Assembly: GCA_029717555.1 (NCBI GenBank)
Contig: JAMDHS010000112.1
Location: 1 to 62,341, forward strand
DNA from: Peribolospora baueri
Lineage: Eukaryota
DNA length: 62,341 nucleotides
Direction: 5' to 3'
The position numbers and the translations under genes are program-made. Shown piece by piece: positions 1 through 13,873 of the stretch (positions are counted from its first letter, which is position 1; each line of letters starts with the position of its first letter). The notes under the pieces were generated by a model, which saw only the letters and a list, made by a program, of their open reading frames with translations, did not search any database and was not told where the DNA came from.

Positions 1-363
1 CGGCTACTGGACGGGGAATGGAATGGACGATCGATGTACTTGTTGCGAGAGCTCGATGGGCAAGAAGAAAACAGCTGACCGCAGCCGAGTAGCCGAACAG
101 CCGAACAGCCCACCGAACGCAACTCGACGTCGTTGCCAAGACGCTTCGACCGGCGAAATGGCTACCAGTTGTCGTCCCTCATAGACGACCCCGAGCTCGA
201 GGTGCGCTGTCACTGGACGGGACGTACGTACGCTCTCTCAAACAAGAAACGACCGTCGACCTATATATTTATGTGTGTGTGTGTGACAGAGTGATGAGGT
301 GGCGTTCCAAGTTTCAGACAACTGCAGTCTCAATAGAGTGCATCACAAAGCTCAATCCTCCAC

Positions 364-1737
364 CTAGTCCTTCCTGAAGCTTCCGCCCTGCTTCACCCAC
401 TCGTCCACATACGCCCTCGTCTTTCTTTCCACCTCCTTCTCGCTTGAGCTCTTCCCGAACGCGTCGACGAACTGACCGTTGGGGTCCATGAGGTAGAAGA
501 AAATGCTGTGGTCTACCAGGTAATCGTCCCCCGGCTTCGCGTTCGGCGGCGTGGAGAAGTAGACTCGATAAGCTTTGCAGGCCGCCTTCACCGCGTCGTA
601 CGTGCCCGTCAAGCCTACGAGGCGAGGGTGAAAGTCTGCCGACAGAGTAAAGTGGAGTGTTTCACAACACGACGTTGATTATTAGCGTCGATCGTGAAGT
701 TGATTCAAAGAGAGAGCGCGAAATGCCAGGGAAACGCACCTTGGATGTATGTCTTCACCTGGTCGACAGTGTCCCGAGCAGGGTCGCATGACACAAACAC
801 GGGTGTTATGATGTTCCCGTAGTCCTTGTCTGCTCGAACAAGGCGCCAAGAAAGACATCAGTCGGCTACTACCAAAGGCAGTGACGATAGACAGAATGGA
901 CAAAAGAAACGAGAAGGGAGGCAAGATTGACAAGAGTGCAACACATACCGATGGCGGCCACGACTTCGCTCATCTTGTCCAGCTCCTCGGGGCAGATGTC
1001 CGGACAATTGGTGAAGCCGAAATAGATCAGGCTGAACCTTCCAAGAAGGTCCTTGTCCGTGAAGGGTTTTCCATCCTGCGTCGTCAGTTCGAAGGGCCCG
1101 CCTATGCGCGGGCGGCCTACTTTTGCTGAGGCAGTTTCTTGCCCTGGACCGGCCAGAAAGCACCAGCGACGCAGACGGTCAGGAAGAAATGTAGGCACGT
1201 TGGGGAAACAGCGGCAGGAGAGTGATGGGACTCACGCTTCCGCTCCTCCAGCTTCCTCTTTTCGTTCTGGAAGTAAACGTAGAGGCCGATGCCGGTGATG
1301 ACGAAGAGGACGCCCGCCTTCCAGTTGAAGGGCTGCGTCAAAAGCGTAGGACAGGAGAACATGAGAAATGAGCACGCGTGCGCGTGTTGCGAGAGTAGCT
1401 TGAAGCAAAACCCCCGGTGGCGCCTTCTTGCACTCACGCCGATGTTGGCCTTATCCCTAACCTCATCCTGGCTCGTCACATAGGTTCTCCTCCATTGTTT
1501 GGAGTTCAAGCCAGGGAAATAAGCGGACAAGGAGCTGCGCTTCGTGAGACGGCTCTCCGAAGAGCGACATGGAACGACCGAGGCAGAAGAGGCAGCGCAG
1601 GAGGAAAACGACAAGGATGAAGATGAAGATGCCGTGAGGGGGGTGTGATCGGCCACAAGTCGTCGCCGAGCGAAAAGGGTGGCTCGGCTAAAGGAGCGAA
1701 CCTGAGCGGCGGCGAAGAGTGTCCGAGGCGTTGTCAT
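364..1737 (-). CDS. SCO1: Mitochondrial copper chaperone for cytochrome c oxidase (SCO1/SCO2 family), multi-exon
   Basis: Arg/Ser-rich presequence (MTTPRTLFAAAQVRSFSR), TM segment PFNWKAGVLFVITGIGLYVYF, GRPRIGGPFELT, CxxxC motif YFGFTNCPDICPEELDKM and YLVDHSIFFYLMDP, spread over ORF pieces separated by GT-AG introns. Confidence 0.95.
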
Positions 1738-2525
1738 GGTCCGTCGTACTGGCCTTGCTGCTCGACCTCGACGACTTACTTGGGTTGGTGAGACGGAGCC
1801 AGGAGGAAGCGGACGTCAGATGCCGGGAAGCGATCGGAAGCCGGCGCATAGTATATTTCGTGTACGGCCGTAAGCGGTCGTTTACACATAACTCCGTTGT
1901 CGCCGCTGACTCGTGATCTCGCTCCATCCGCGACCACTCCTTCTTGCCATCCATCATCCACCGTGTCGACCTCGCTCTTCTCTTGTCCTCGGTGAGTCTT
2001 CCTTCGCGCCGACGACATCAGAACAGACCGACAGGCGCAGTTGGAAGCCTTCTTCCCCTCCTTTTTCTCTTTGCCTCCCACGCATTCGTCCCTGTTTCGT
2101 GTCTCGGTCGCGTCCTCGCTCCTTGCTGGCGGGCGTGTACCCCGTCGGCGTCCCTCTTGCCCCCCCGCAACACCATCCCACCCGCCCCGACCATCCTCCT
2201 TGACCCCTTTCTCTTATCCCTCCCTCTGCATTCATTACCTTCTTTGATTCTTCTTTCCGTTTGCCACTCCGTTTCCGCATCTGTTTACGATATTATCGCT
2301 TCCATCGTTCTCGTCACTCGGCCTCGTCCACCGCCCACCATGATCCTGACGATGCTGCCTCTTTCTGCCCTCGCCCTCTCTCGCCCGGACAGGTAGGTCT
2401 GCCAGGTCAAAGGCCAAAGGCCAAGGAACCGGGGCTTTTGAGCCGCGATCATCGAGCCAAAGCATTACCTTATCCCCACCCAATCAGCCATCCATCCGTA
2501 GCCTCGCCTTCCGGTCGCTGCCGTC

Positions 2526-5500
2526 ATGGGAGACTCTTATCGCCCTGGAGAGTCGCGCCGTCATACCCGTTCGCCCTCTGCAGTGGCTCCATTGGCCGCG
2601 CCCATCGCAGCTCTCATGTCCATGTCCGCACCATCGGTAGGAGGGGCGGGACCTCTAGCCGCCGCGCCTCCCATGGATTACCGGGAGGCTTACCGTCGGT
2701 ACGAGGCTATGGGCGCTCTCGGCGGTCCTGGAGCGCCCATGGCGACCAGCATGCACTCCGATTGGAGCCCTAGTAGAGATAAAGGCAGCGTCGACTGGGA
2801 AAGGGAACGAGATCGAGCGCCGTGGCCGAGAGAGCGCGACTGGGATACCGATTTGGACCGCGAGAGGGCTTGGGACGAATACGAGAGGGAGAGGAGGGAG
2901 AGGGCGTGGGAGAGATGGGAGTGGGAGAGGCAGAGAGAGCGCGATTATGGTGAGGACCTTCACGGCCGTTTGTTCTGTTCGCGGTTGAAAACAGGCATAT
3001 TGGTGCTGACGGCGGCTATCACGCTACCTAGACCATCGCAAGCGACCTCGCTCGCCCACCCCTCCACGCCGTGGTCGTTCTCGTTCCCGCTCTCATGATC
3101 GACTCGATTCGTACGCATACTCCCGCGACCGTTTTGACGACTGGGACAGGGAGCGTGGTCGCTACGAGGATCGGAACAGGGAACTGGAGAGGGCGTCAGA
3201 TCGGGACAGATACGAGCCGCGGCCTCGGTATAGCGACCGGAGAGAGAGCGATAAGGACCGAGAACATTTGACGGCTTTGCCGGGCTCGTATGGAACGCCT
3301 GGAAGCGATTTCGGTGCGTTCAATTCTCTGGATCCAATGCGAGTTGGCTGTCACTAACTTTCGTTTCCTCGGCGGTTCCCTCAGGACGTTACGCTGGTCC
3401 GGGCGGTCCTAACTCACTCCCGAGTGGCTCTCTTTCCGGTATGGCTCGGGCGCCCTCGTTCGATCCCATGTCATCGCCAAATCTCTTGACCTTCCGCGCC
3501 TTTGCAAGTTACATGCGCCCTTCTCTTCCCTCCTCCGTGGGCAACAACGACAGCGCATCAAGCGGGGCGCTTACGGCGAGTTACCAAGCGTACCGCCAGC
3601 GCTTCCAAGCCCGTCAGCTCTGGAAGTTCTTCGAGCAACGCAAGGAAGAAACGTGGTTCAAGGAGAAATACGGCCTTGGCGAGGCGGAGAAGGAGCTGAG
3701 GAGGCGCACGAAGGCCGCGGGAAGGAAGGGTCGTAAGGAGGCTTGGAAGGCCAGGATGGAGCAGGAGGGCGAGGTGGAAAAAGTCAATTTCGACATAAAC
3801 GGTGAGCTTTCGATGACGACGTCCAAAGTAAGCATATTGTCTGACTTGTGGGACTGCTCTCTTGAAAAGGAGGTGCTCCACCCGCTCTTTCTAATCGCTT
3901 GGGCGAGCCGATGGAGCTAGTGGCTACAGTCGGCAACGACGCCGGGAACGATGCAGCAGATTCTTCCGCTGTTGGCACCGGTGGCGAGGGCGAAACCGGC
4001 GAAGGCGACGACGATGGTGCGCATTCCACTCCTTCCACCCCGGCCCACGGTGGCAAGGGAGCCGACGAGTCGGTCAAAGCGCAGATGGACGAGGGCAAGG
4101 AGCGAAAGGGCGACGCAGAGGCGGATTTGCTTTCCGTCCCTGCGGATCCGTGGCAAATTTTGATCAAAACCATTCCGCCGGACCTGAGCCGTGACAAGCT
4201 GGAAGAGGTGAGCGGATCCCAGTTTGAGTCTTTTTTTCCCTACCCCTCCATGCTAACGACGGCCGTACCCGCCGCGTCAGGTCTGTCGAAGCTTCGATGG
4301 TTTCCGCTATCTCGCTCTTGGAGAACCGAACTCGTCCAAAAAGTTCCACCGCGTGGGCTGGGCGCAGTACGAGCCTGGCACGGACATGGAGGCGGCTGTG
4401 TCCAAGCTTGACGGCTCTCGGATCGACAACTTCACCCTCCACCTCGGCCTCTCCGTCCGCCCTACGAATGCAAGACTTCGCACGACGGCTGAATATGCCA
4501 ACGCGTCGAGTAGATTGGAGAAGGACATCGACCAGGCCAAGAGCATCGTCGAGGCGCTCGAGAAGGAGGACAGGGAGTTCCTCGGCGACGCGCTGGAGCC
4601 TGTCGGTGCTGAAGTCCAGGAGAGCGGTCTGGCGCTCATAGAGGCCGTCGCTCGTCGGCATGGCGTCCCTGAGCGTTCTGCCGATCAGTCGATGAAAAAG
4701 GAAGACGTGAGTGTCCGTCGTGTCGGGACCGTTGGTCTGTGATGATGATCGATGCTAGCTCTCGATGCTAACTCCCGAACTGTTCACACGATAGCTGAAA
4801 AAACTGCTCGATCTGCACATCGACTACCTTCGATCTGTGTATCACTGCTGCTACTACTGCGTCGCCGTGTGCGACTTTCCCGAAGAGCTCATACGCAAGT
4901 GCGCCAAGCACGTGCGCAAGGTGCCACCGGAGGGTACGAGCGTGGAAGAGAAGCGCGCGGGCACGGGGGACGAGACGTGGGCAAGGAACATTGATGATAA
5001 GGTGCGGCTGATCACGGAGAGGGATCAGGTGGATCCCACGAAATACGGCGGGAAGAGCTTTGACGCGTGAGTCTTGAGTTCCCTCCTATCCTCAAGAACC
5101 CGTCGAAGACGAAGTTTGGGTTTTCGCTGACCACGGCCTTGTTGTCGTTGTTCCCCGATTTCGTTTCACAGCGAGCTGGCCAAAATCGCAGCACCATACA
5201 TCAAGCAAGAGGACGACGAGAAGCATCGTTGTAAGGAGTGCAGCAAGCTCTTCAAGGGAGCGCAATACGTTGAGAAGCACATTTTCAACAAACATAAGGA
5301 CCTCCTAGGAGACTTTCCTGACGTGGTGAGCGTTCGAGTCTCTTGTCGTGCTCTCTGTTCTTGGGTGCGCAAGGGCAAGCTCTGATCATGCGGCGGCGTT
5401 CAACCTCGGTCATACACATCTCCAGTTGGCCTACTTTAACAACTACGCGCTGGACTCAACGCGAGCGCCGCCGTCGATGGCTCCAACGCCGACGGCTCAG

Positions 5501-5995
5501 CCACCGGCGATGATGGCCAACTCGATGGCAGCAGGTGCGGCTGGAATGATGATGGGTTTCCCTGGTATGGGCTCGTCCGGATTCTTCTCTGCTGCCTTCC
5601 CCATGGCACCTTTCACGGCAGCCAACGGGGGGGCGGCGGCGTCCATGTCGCCGTTTGGCGCGCCCGCCGCTTCGCCTCTTGCGAGCCGGATTGGCGGAGC
5701 ACCGCTGCGGCTGAACGATCGGATCGGAGGGATGATGATGCCGAGCACGACGCCGGGAGGGGGTGGCATGGCGGCCAACGGGGGGAGCCCGGCTGGAATG
5801 TCCATGTCGATGCGCTCCGGCCTTGGTCCGTCGTCGTCGAGCTCGGCTCCGCCGCCGCCTCCGATGGACCCGGCGACGGTGGCGGCGGTGACGGCGCAGA
5901 GGCCGCTCGACCCTCGGGCCAAGGCGCAGCAGAGGGTCAGCTATCAGGACCTGGACAGCGCGGCGGAGGGTGAGGTGGGCGAGTTGAATTACTGA
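2526..5995 (+). CDS. ARS2: ARS2/SERRATE-family RNA-processing protein, multi-exon
   Basis: N-terminal MGDSYRPG and RE/RD-rich region; YQAYRQRF..LWKFFEQRKEETWFKEKY; QILIKTIPPD; FHRVGWAQY; YCYYCVAVCDFPEEL..KC..H; C2H2-like HRCKECSKLFKG..YVEKHIFNKH; C-terminal DPRA..VSYQDLD...ELNY. Confidence 0.9.
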
Positions 5996-7424
5996 CCGCG
6001 GGTCCGTCGGGTTGGGCTAGGGTTAAATGTGAAGTGTATCTACGATGTGTTTGTTGTCCTTCCTTTAGTCCGGCGCGCGCTGGGGATGTGGCGCGGTGGA
6101 ACGGATGAATCGAGGGGTCTTTCATTCAGTTCGCCCAACGACACGACGGGAGGTGTCTTGTTGGTCGACGAGAGGCGGTCCCACGTGGTTAGATGATGCA
6201 GATATTGCGTAGCTGCGGCTGCGGCTGCGGTTGGCGATGGAAGCGGGGCAAAATGAAAGTCGGTGAAATGAAGGGCGCGGGAGAAGAGGAGAGCGGCGAA
6301 GGGCGCGTCGGCAAAGTCGGCCGACGGTTGGCCCCTCCGTGGCGGCTAGGCCACTCTGCTCTGAAATATGTGCTCTCCTCAAGCGCAGCACGCACGTAGA
6401 CTGACCACGGACGGTGCTCGCGGGCGCTCGAGCACGTACGTACTCGACTGGGCTCGACTCGGTCCATGTCCTTCTCGGACGAACGGGCGGCGGCGGCGGG
6501 GAAGGAGGACGAAGGCAGGGGGAAGAAGGCGGAAGGACGGAAAAGAAAGGCGAGACGGGGAACGTGAGGGAACTGGATGGGCGGCCATGTACAGCCCTCC
6601 GAATCGAGCGGGGTACCGACCATGTAGCGGAGGTGGTGGAGGCGACGTGGGTGAGTTTGTGGGTCCCGCTTCGCTCAGTCTCCCTTCGTCTGAAGGATAA
6701 CCCAAGCGGTTATGGTAGGCGGCGCCACCATCACGGGCCCCGGCGAGTTTCGCTGAAGTGAGGCGACCGAAGCGAACGACGGCGAGTCGACTAAGCTGGC
6801 CAGATTGGGCTGGTTCGGGCTTTGTTTAGGGTGGAAGATTGGAGGGCGAGGAGATGGCGTTGTGAAGGAGGGATGGAGAGAGTGGGCGAGGTGGGCGAGT
6901 ATGTGCGTCGCCGGGCGGTGACCGAGCAAGGCCGAGCGCCGCGCCTACCGTCGTGAGCCGGGCAAGTATTGGCGGGTGTCGAGTCGATCCGAGCCGAGTC
7001 GCGTCGGTGAGAAGGTGGAGTGGTCGTCGGGTCGGCGAGGAAGGGGGAGGAGAAGGAAGAGGACGACGGTGACGGGGACGGGGACGAAGCGGGAGAGTCG
7101 GAAGATGGAGGAGAGACCGATAAGGATAGGCAAGGACAGGTGGAGGGCAGGCAAGGATAGACACGCGACAGCGACGGCGACGACGACGACGACGAGAACA
7201 AACGAACGAACGACGAACGACAACAACAACGTCGAACGACGGTGACGGTTGTCAGCAGACCACCAACACCGTCCTTGCTCGATTGACATCCTCGCCCTCG
7301 CCGCGCCCACCACTCTGTACTGACATTCCTTGCTCTCCCAGCTTTGTCCTTGCTCTCGCTTGCTCGCCCTCACTCGACTCCCCCGTCACCATCCCGCTCT
7401 CCATCCAACTAGCTCTTCAAGAAA

Positions 7425-8629
7425 ATGGACGACCGCACCATCAGCCCCGCCCACGACACAAGTTGCGGCCCCCCGACGTCCATGCCTCCGACTCGCACTC
7501 CGCCGCCGCCCCCGCCGCCACAGGCGCAAAGAAGAGGGACCCTCTCCGTCGACACCAAGCCTGCCGCTCCTGCCGCCGTCGAAAGCTCAAATGCGATGCC
7601 CAGAGACCGACGGGCGGCACATGCGCGAAGACTTGGTCCGCCTACCAACCTGCCGACAATGCTGCCGCCGTAGCACCTCCTCCCTGTGTCTACGATACCC
7701 CCTCTCTCCCTCACTTCCTCTCTCCCCACGCCGCCGACCCCACGACGAAGGACTCACGAGGTTGGTACCGAGGAGTTCGAGGTAGTTCGCGCCCTCTCGC
7801 ACTCCCTCTCGATAGTGATAAATTGCTCGTTGCGCGTGGAAATCGGCGAAAGAGAGGTTGGCTGATTTGGCTGTCGGCTTGCCGCCTTCGGACATGTGGG
7901 ACGCGATGCGCCCCGGACTCTCGGTGCCGCCAAGTCCATGGCGGCCTGGGCCCAGGCTCAGACTCGGCTGAGAAGGGGTCTGCGTCGTTGAACCGGGAGG
8001 ACAGGCCGAACGCGTCGATGGCCCACCCGAACGTCGTGCTCGCCGGTCCCGACGTGGAGGAGGGCTTGAAACAAAAGGCGAGGGAGGGCGTGGACATGGC
8101 CAGCGCGGCGGCCGCACCCGCTGACGGTTTTGCCCGAGTTCAACCAGACTCGTCGGCGTCGTGCGGTGACAGTGGCGCAGCCACGGCCTCCTCCGCTTGG
8201 TCGTCCACGCCGATGATGAGCGTCGTCGAAGCTCGCGTGAGCGCGACCAGAGGGATGGTCAGCGGCCCAACTAGTCCGACCCCGGTGGAAGACCCGGTGG
8301 TGGAGCAGCAACAGCGACAGGCTTGGTTCATGGCTCATCAGTACCAACAGCAGCAGCAGCAGCAGACGACGTCCCGCCAGGCGCAGGCGTACGATAGGGC
8401 GACGGCGATCCACGTCCCGTCGAGGGCGGAGCCGCAACAGGCTCAGATCCACCAAGCTCCTCCCAAGGTCTTTTCCTTCGCTCCCCCCAGCGCCCACGTA
8501 CCTCGGATTCGAGGGCATGGACTGCTTCCCAGGCGTGGAGACGCCCGCATCCGCGCCTGGCCCCCCTTCAACCCCTCGCATGCGCCGCCCGTGACGTGGG
8601 ATTGGACCATGTCGCTTGACCAGGTGTGA
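7425..8629 (+). pseudogene. Zn2Cys6 transcription factor, apparently damaged
   Basis: PLRRHQACRSCRRRKLKCDAQRPTGGTC...PPPCVYD. The 4th Cys is GGC (Gly, 7613-7615), and the upstream ATGs (7425, 7482) are out of frame with the zinc cluster. The 3' extent is uncertain. Confidence 0.6.
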
Positions 8630-9863
8630 AGGCCTTCTTTTCTTCCTACCGTTTCGTCCTTCCCTCGTCCTCTGGCTGGCTGACCATGCGCTCCGCTCAC
8701 CTGACCCTCTCGATACAGCAACCACGACCTTGACGGTGTGCGTTCGGAAAAAAAAAAATTCATGCAAGCCGCCGGACTAGACCCTCCATCCTCTCGGGGT
8801 AGGTGACCTGACTGGCCATCCTTCGCCTCCTTTTCCATCTCAACCCGCTGATCGCTCCCACATCGCCGTTATTTTATCGTCCATTCATGCCTCGGTCGTC
8901 CGTCCTTGGAATGGCCGACGGGTTGGCACAGAAACGTTGGCTGGGATGGAGCTCGACCTACGTTCGGTGGCCAAAGGACGGACGGTCGTTGGCGGCGAGT
9001 GAGTTAAGTGGCGTTTGTCCCCGCTAGTGCGGGCATTGTGCGGAGGCGAAGCCAGCTCACGGTGGGCAAATTTTCTTTCTTTCTACGCCCACGAGTATAA
9101 GACGAGTCCATCTTCACCGTTTGTACGTACGTATGCGCGACCGAGACCCGGGCGCGAAGGTCTGCGAAGCTTCCTGCTTCCTGTCAGTCCCCTTCCTAGA
9201 CGCCGGGTTGTAACGTGGTTGTTCATCTTCGGGGAGCGCGAAGGGATGCTCTCTGCCAACCGAGACAGAGCCGAAGACTAGCCCCTCCTACTGGTCTTTG
9301 AAAGTTGCCTGCGATGATCGGGCGACGCAAATTCGTCGGCCTCCGACTGTGTGACTGCTCGACGAGGGGCCCGACGACGTACGTTCGCTTTTTGGGAGAT
9401 CCTTCGAGACGATAAGATAGGCTGATAGGCCCGGACGATGTGGGGCAAAGATGACGACATCATGCGGCTAACGCTATCGGTAGGCGAAACGAAACCTGCC
9501 GAACCGGCTAGGTAGAGTTGAGGCGGGGCTTTGGAAAAGGTTTGATAGGGCTAAGGAGGCAGCGACGTTGCATGCTTTTTTTTTTTTTTTTTTGCTCGCG
9601 TCGGTCTCGTTCCTGTGAGAGTGGAATGACTTAAAGTTTCCAAAATGTCTTTTGGTTGCGAAAATACGAGTCCGCATCGTCGACGGTTCGGTTGGTCCAG
9701 GCGCGGAGAACGAGATGGCCGATTGCGCATCGATGGGCCTATTCCGCACCTCGTGTGCGTAGCTACAGGATATAATGCTCGCCGCGCGAAACGGCGCAGA
9801 TATGGCTGCCATCTAAAAGGAGGGACTGCCCGACCGGATAGGTCGACGCAACCGGACCGGACC

Positions 9864-12800
9864 TCAGCGGCCGAACTGCATGGCCACATCGACGCGATTG
9901 ATAAAGTCGATGCCTTTGGCGCGGAAGCCGTCCTTTTCGATGAACGTGCCGCCTTTCGTATCACCCGGGGGATGCGAAGAGGACACGGGAGGTGTGGTGT
10001 GGGGCGGAATGGCAGAATGAGCCACCACCCGGTTACCAAATGCCATCGCCGGCCGACGTTTTTGTTTTTTTTTTTTTCGCAAAGACGTTGGCCATTCAGC
10101 CCCTCGAGCTCGACGCTCACCTTCGGTAGAGTTGCGGTAGACAATGTTCTGTCCTCCCTGCGAGTACTCAGGCCAGTGCGGTGCGCCATCGACTGTCGAC
10201 GTCCGAGTGGCCGTGCGTACAAGCGAGCGGGGGAAGAATTTCAGCGGCGAGTAACGGAGACGGTCCCCTATTAGATTGTCACATCGCTACTCCCTGTTAT
10301 GGTAGCCCCCCAGCTCACCTCCGTTCAAGTTAGGGTCGAGGTGATTGGCAAAGCTGACCCAGCTGCTCTGCATGAGCGCGGCCAGGTAGAGGTCCTGAGG
10401 CGAGTCTCCGCGAGGGTTGTTCGTCTGGGCGGAGGTGAGGGGCGAGTCAAAGACGTAGGGAGCTGCTTGTTCATTCGTCCACGGGTGTCGTTCAGTCCGT
10501 GAGCGAACGATTCCGGAAGACGCGATCGACCGTTGGTCGCAGCGGAACTCACTCTCAACAAAGTGGGTCACTGGTCATCCGGAGAGGTAGGACCGCCCGG
10601 GGAGACGAGCAAAATAGGAAGCTGTCAGCGACGGTCAGAAGCGCAAATTTGGTTTCCGCACGGCGACGTCGATTCCAACCCCCACCCCACCGGGCCTGCG
10701 CACCTCCTACATCAGGAGCTTGGTAGAACGGCAAGTGATCGAAGCGATACGAGAAGCAAGGCTGGGTCTTGCTCATGATCTGCATCATGTTGCGCCGTGT
10801 GCCGATCATCGTCAGGTCACCAAACTGCGTGCATGCATGGCCCGGTCGTCCAACGGAACGAAGAAGGGAAGAAGCGTGAGTGCCTTTTGTCCAAGTGAAG
10901 CCGACGAACGGAGCTAGTCCCTTCATTCGGAAAAGCTCCGGGTATCGAGTCGGAGTATAAAATGGCAGAGGCGGGAAACCAACGCACAATGGCCTGGCTC
11001 TTCTTATCCAACTTGCCCCCACTCGCGGCGGGAAGATCGCCGGTGCCAAAGGGACATCCCTGGGCCGGGTCGTCAGGGTATAGTGCGACGAGCTCGTCGA
11101 TCGTGGAGTTTTGTGCACGACCGGATGAGGCGGCTTTGTCGGTTCGTACAAAACGACGAGGTAGGAAAGGGAGGAACGGAAGGGTGAGATGGGCGGGGAC
11201 GGATGAAGATCTGACGCTTCCATCAACGCCTCTCACCGTGCAGCGCGTCCTTGAGCTGCTGCTCGGTGTTCACTCCGTGCGCTCCGAACGCTTGTCCTTC
11301 GTCCGTGTTAGCGCCAGCGAGGACGGCGACACCTTTGACGTACCTCCCCAGACTGAGGAGCACGCTAGGGTAAGTGGCGATGAGTTGGCCGTCGATGACG
11401 GGGTAAAAGTCGCCGTAGGCTTTGGCGTTGGCCTTGGCGGCGGCGAAAAAACCAGAGTAGGGAGCTTTGCGTAGGCAGGAGACGGACGCGGAGGAGGGGC
11501 TCAACGGGCAGGAAAGGTTTTTAGCGATCAAGTCGTACGACGGTTGGTAGCTGACGGCGGAGAGAAAAGCGGAAAGGGATCAAAAGGTGGGCCAGGTCGT
11601 ATGAGCGCGACTTGATGGTGGCGGAGCATACGCAGGATCGCTAGGACGTGGAACACGTAGCGCTCACAGGGCCGGAGTCTCATATCGGAGTGTGGTCGGA
11701 TTGCCGGATCTTGATGGACGCGGGAAGCATCGCAGTGGCACCATGGCGGAAAAGGGGGATTTAGCACGTCCCTTTCCCTTCTAACCACGCTCCCGGATAG
11801 GACAGCCAGACTCACTCCATGATGGCGGCCCTGAACAACTTTTCGTCCTGTGCGACGAGATGGATTCCAATCGACTCTGCACCCGCGCTCTCTCCCCAGA
11901 TGGTGATCTTGTTCGGGTCGCCACCGAAGGCTTGGATCTGCGGGACGCAGGAAGGGGCCGATTTCCAAGGGAGGTGAGCATCGTCGGAGAAGGACATGGG
12001 GCGGCAAAGGATGGAGAAAAGACCCACGTTGTTCTTGATCCAGTGCATTGCGAGGCGCTGTTGTCACGAAGCCATGTCGCGTCGAAGGACGCAGTTTGCG
12101 TAAGTGAACTATGAGCTCAAATCATTGACGCACCATCCTCGTTTTGAAAGACGGCGTGAGGGGCCTGTGAGGCCAAAGGGACAAAGAACGAAAAAAAAAA
12201 AAAGGCGACTGCCGGCGCACCTGATCCCACAAGCCAAGGTTCTGCACGCCCTCATCCTCGACCTGCTGTCCGCTGAGAAAACCGAAAGCGGAGACGCGGT
12301 AGTTGAACGAGACGAAGAGGACTGGCTGTTTCATCGCTTCGGACGCGCGGTGGACTAGTAGATTGGCCCGCAAGCGGAGGAACGGGGTTTGGATGGACGA
12401 GCGGAGGGACGGGACGCTTGAGACGTTGTGCAGACAAGAGCAGGGATGGAGTAAAAGGTTGAGCGTAGAAAAGCGATGGCGTACCGATGTAGGAGCCGTT
12501 GTAGCGAATGTCGGCGCTCCCGCCCATCTTGAAGCCGCCACCTAGAACGGGGGGGGGAGAGGGAAGGAAAGAGGAGCAGGTGGAGTCAGTTCGACTCACT
12601 GCTTCGGCAGACGAGAACGTTGGCGACCTCACCGTAGATCCAAACCATGACGGGAAGGTTATCCCCTGCTTTGACATTGTCAGGACGGATGACGTTGAGC
12701 GTCAGGCAGTCTTCATCGAGGGTATAGCTGAGCGGTGGGGCAGGTCGAGTGTGATGGATGAGAAGAGGGAGGTGGAAAACGGCGAAAGGGACTGTGAGAG

Positions 12801-13176
12801 GAAGGACAAGGGGACGCGGAATGGAGGCAGTGACTGACCCGACGTCATCGCCGCCTGTGCCGGGACAGATAGGCCCGTAAGCCTTGGCGTCCTTCGTGGC
12901 ATTCTTCTGGCCTGCCCTCTTCGCCCCGGAGGAGGAGGAAGTAGTCACAGCGCGAGGCTTCCTCAGCCGGTAATCGCCGACGGGGGGGAGGGCGTAGGGC
13001 ACTCCACCGAAAAAGTGCTGAGAGAAGGTGGGGAGCTCGATGCCGGCGTAGGTAGTGCCGTCGGAGAGTGTGGCTGAGGGACCGGAAACGGAGGAGGGGG
13101 AGTAGTTGGCTGCGCGGGACGAGGAGAGGAGAGCGAAGAGGAGGAGGAAGACGGCCTGAAGGATGGCGAGGGCCAT
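9864..13176 (-). CDS. Secreted type-B carboxylesterase/lipase, many introns
   Basis: Signal peptide MALAILQAVFLLLFALLSSSRAA; GVPYALPPVGDYRLRKP; EDCLTLNV; LPVMVWIYG/GGF; NYRVSAFGFL; NLGLWDQ; FGGDPNKITIWGESAGA; GANTDEG; FGDLTMIG; GVTHFVE; WVSFANHLDPN; last exon EKDGFRAKGIDFIN. Confidence 0.92.
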
Positions 13177-13873
13177 CGTGGGCGACTCGTGTGGATAAGG
13201 AGCGTGGGGGGTGGATGAGTGTGCGGGGTAGGAGATTAGTGGAATAGGTGAAGACAAGCGAGGCGACTCGGGCGTGGAGAAGGAGCGTGGGGGCGGAAGT
13301 GGGCGACGAGGCGTGTGGAGTATAAATTAGTGGAGCAGGTGAATACAGAAGAGAGCGTCGGAGATGGAGGAGAGAGGAAGAGGCGACGTGGTGATGATCA
13401 CTTGCGATCGTTGCGGTCCATCATCCATCCATCCATCCATCCTGTCTTCGTGTTCATGCTCTCCATTCTTGCCCCGCAGCGTCGCACAAGGCTCGGAAAT
13501 GGCTGGACGACAACGACGAGGAGGACCGGGCGACAACGTGTCATGCACGCCGACGATCCTTCTCGTGCGGCAAAGTGAGACAAACAGGAACGCTCGCTTT
13601 CCCCATCCATCATCCACTGACCAGCGTTCCTCCAGCCGACGTCGAGAACACAGGAATCGTAGTTGTCGCCCATTCTCCCTCGCACGGCACCGACGCGGCA
13701 ACGACGGCTCGGACGCGGCGGGCGCGCGCGGGGAATAGCGCCCGGCCATCAGATAACGGGAAAGACGGAAAGGAAGGCGTCTGTCTATTCGGCCGTCGTA
13801 TATAACCACGATCGGACGTCGTCGCCTCTGTCCCGCCGCCGTCTATCTAGCGACAACACGACGCCCACCGAGC

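Noticed and set aside
6122..7200. Minus-strand ORFs between ARS2 and the Zn2Cys6 gene
   Set aside because: Could be a gene remnant, but I recognise no motif or consistent exon chain.
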